Of a stretch of DNA of 33,539 bases, positions 32,219 through 33,539 are shown piece by piece. The stretch covers positions 1 through 33,539 of the forward strand of contig JAYUAG010000008.1 of the NCBI GenBank assembly GCA_043741475.1, written 5' to 3'. The notes below the pieces were generated by a model. The model saw only the letters and a list, made by a program, of their open reading frames with translations. It did not search any database and had not been told where the DNA came from. Source of the DNA: Thermoflexaceae bacterium. Its GTDB lineage: Bacteria; Chloroflexota; Dehalococcoidia; Tepidiformales; Tepidiformaceae. Each line of letters starts with the position of its first letter. Position 1 is the first letter of the stretch. A program made the translations under genes and the position numbers.

Positions 32219-33539
32219 ATGGGCAGCCTGCAAGTCCGTCTCCTGGTGACCTATCTCGTCATCATCGGGGTGACGCTCGGCCTCACGGCGCTGGGTCTGT
32301 TCATTGTGTTGGGCGGATACCGGGACTCGATCTCCTACGGGAATCTGGAGGACGTCGGCGCGCTCATCAACGAGCAGGCGAAGAACAACCTGAAGGCAAG
32401 CACGGCGCCGGGCGAACCGAAGCTCACAGATGCTGATCTGCTGGTGTTGTTGCGCACGTTCGTGAATCAGCCGGCCCAGGATTCGGGCGAGCCGCTCACG
32501 AAGTCGGTCGCTTTCATCGACCGGAACGGCCTGATCCTGGAGGCGGCGAGCGAACCGGCGACGCGATTGAAGGCGGCGCGCGTGAAGGATCTCAATCTGC
32601 AGCCGACCGGTTCAACCGACCGGACGCCAAAGCGCTGCCGCGTGGACCTCGCTTCAGGGCCGGACCTGCTCTGCGTCTCCATGCCACTGTCGCAGGCGGT
32701 GATCGACGCGTTTCCGGACACCACGGCGGCGGCAATCATCGTGGCCGAACCGGCGGCGAGCCTGGGCGAAGTGCTAAAGGATCTGTTGCCGCGGCTGTTG
32801 TTTTCGGGGCTGATAGGGTTGGCCGCGGCGATTGCGCTGGGGTTCATCCTCTCCCAGAGCGTGGCGGCGCCGCTGCGCCGGATCGCGCGGGCGGCGCGCA
32901 GCGTGGCGCGCGGGAACTATCGCCAGCGCGTGCCGGTCACCGGGCCGCGCGAGGTGCGCGAGGTGGCCACCAACTTCAACCGCATGACGGAGGAGGTGCA
33001 GCGTTCGCAAGAGACGCTTCGCGACTTCCTCATGAACATCTCGCATGAGTTGAAGACGCCGCTGACGTCGATCCGGGGCTTCAGCGAGGCGATGCTGGAC
33101 GGCACGATCGACGACGATGCCGGCCGTCAACGGTCGGTGAGGATTATCAACAACGAATCGACGCGCGTGCTGCGGCTGGTGGAAGAGCTGCTCGATCTCT
33201 CGCGGATCGAGAGCGGCCAGATTTCGATGCGACAGGAAGACGTAAGCCTGGCCGAGCTGTTCCAACACATCGGCGAAGTGTTCGCCCTGCGAGCGGAAGA
33301 GTGCGGCGTGGCCTTGCAGGTTGACGCGCCCGGCGAAGCACATGTACGGGGCGATTTCGACCGGCTGGAACAGGTCCTGAATAACCTGCTGGACAACTCC
33401 TTCCGGCACACGCCGAACGGCGGCCAGGTGCGCATGGGGGCACGGAGCGTACAGCATGGCCTCGTACAGGTGACCGTGACGGACACCGGCAAGGGCATCC
33501 CGCCGGACGACATCCCTCACCTCTTCGAGCGCTTCTACC
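32219..33539 (+). CDS. Sensor histidine kinase (PhoR-like), 3'-truncated by the window edge
   Basis: It is not in the ORF track because no stop occurs before the window end. ATG 32219 is preceded by GGAGGGGGAG. I read the frame through by hand with no stop. It has two TM helices, a HAMP-like segment (APLRRIARAARSVARGNYRQRV), the H-box ISHELKTPLTSI, the N-box LLDNSFRHTP and the G1 region VTDTGKGIP. Confidence 0.9.
   Translation, partial: MGSLQVRLLVTYLVIIGVTLGLTALGLFIVLGGYRDSISYGNLEDVGALINEQAKNNLKASTAPGEPKLTDADLLVLLRTFVNQPAQDSGEPLTKSVAFIDRNGLILEAASEPATRLKAARVKDLNLQPTGSTDRTPKRCRVDLASGPDLLCVSMPLSQAVIDAFPDTTAAAIIVAEPAASLGEVLKDLLPRLLFSGLIGLAAAIALGFILSQSVAAPLRRIARAARSVARGNYRQRVPVTGPREVREVATNFNRMTEEVQRSQETLRDFLMNISHELKTPLTSIRGFSEAMLDGTIDDDAGRQRSVRIINNESTRVLRLVEELLDLSRIESGQISMRQEDVSLAELFQHIGEVFALRAEECGVALQVDAPGEAHVRGDFDRLEQVLNNLLDNSFRHTPNGGQVRMGARSVQHGLVQVTVTDTGKGIPPDDIPHLFERFY

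Noticed and set aside
27652-33520. Antisense ORFs 27652-28683 (+), 30201-31271 (+), 31398-32120 (-) and 32774-33520 (-).
   Set aside because: Each overlaps a confidently identified gene on the other strand (pstB/pstA, pstS, the response regulator and the histidine kinase). None has motifs of its own.
1-33539. A mobile genetic element or defence island (integrase, transposase, toxin-antitoxin, restriction or CRISPR-Cas genes).
   Set aside because: No ORF in any frame shows recombinase, transposase, nuclease or defence-type motifs that I can recognise. GC content and codon bias look uniform across the window.

Overview
This is a visibly GC-rich bacterial chromosomal segment, densely coding. 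No rRNA, tRNA, CRISPR array, transposase or integrase was found. All names come from motif recognition by eye; no homology search was run.

Gene content, left to right:
- 1-16.9 kb: a polysaccharide (EPS/O-antigen-like) locus built from two convergent arrays whose stop codons overlap at 6554-6557.
  - Plus strand: a secreted GH-like lipoprotein, a Gfo/Idh/MocA oxidoreductase, a DegT aminotransferase, an SDR epimerase/dehydratase, a second DegT aminotransferase and a NodB-type deacetylase.
  - Minus strand: Wzz/PCP, a BY-kinase-like ATPase, a 48-aa membrane ORF, a Wzy/O-antigen-ligase-like protein, a GT2, two GT4s, a synthase-like membrane GT2 and two more GT4s.
- 17-20.5 kb, minus strand: hemW, a GDPD-like protein, a Crp/Fnr regulator and a SirB1-like transglutaminase/TPR protein. 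These are chained by 1-4 nt overlaps.
- 21.0-23.8 kb: a ZnuABC/TroA-type metal ABC importer with a palindromic operator candidate.
- 24.0-26.5 kb: an operon of MBL-fold hydrolase, GcvT-like and Nudix-like genes.
- 26.7-31.2 kb: pstSCAB-phoU.
- 31.5 kb to the window end: a divergent PhoB/PhoR-like two-component pair. The kinase runs off the window and is absent from the ORF track.

The most unusual signal is non-genic. A structured intergenic repeat family shares a ~30-nt core, GCCCGCTTGCTKACGCGCGCGGTTCGG. It occurs as diverged tandem duplications at two unrelated loci (20551-21047 and 26452-26663). At each locus the duplicated unit also includes an in-frame copy of the last codons and stop codon of the upstream gene.

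Secondary points of interest:
- The polysaccharide locus mixes hallmarks of the Wzy-dependent and synthase-dependent pathways.
- It has two sugar-amination modules but no visible N-acyltransferase.
- The BY-kinase-like ATPase has no tyrosine cluster.
- Several first-in-operon genes show leaderless-type promoter geometry.
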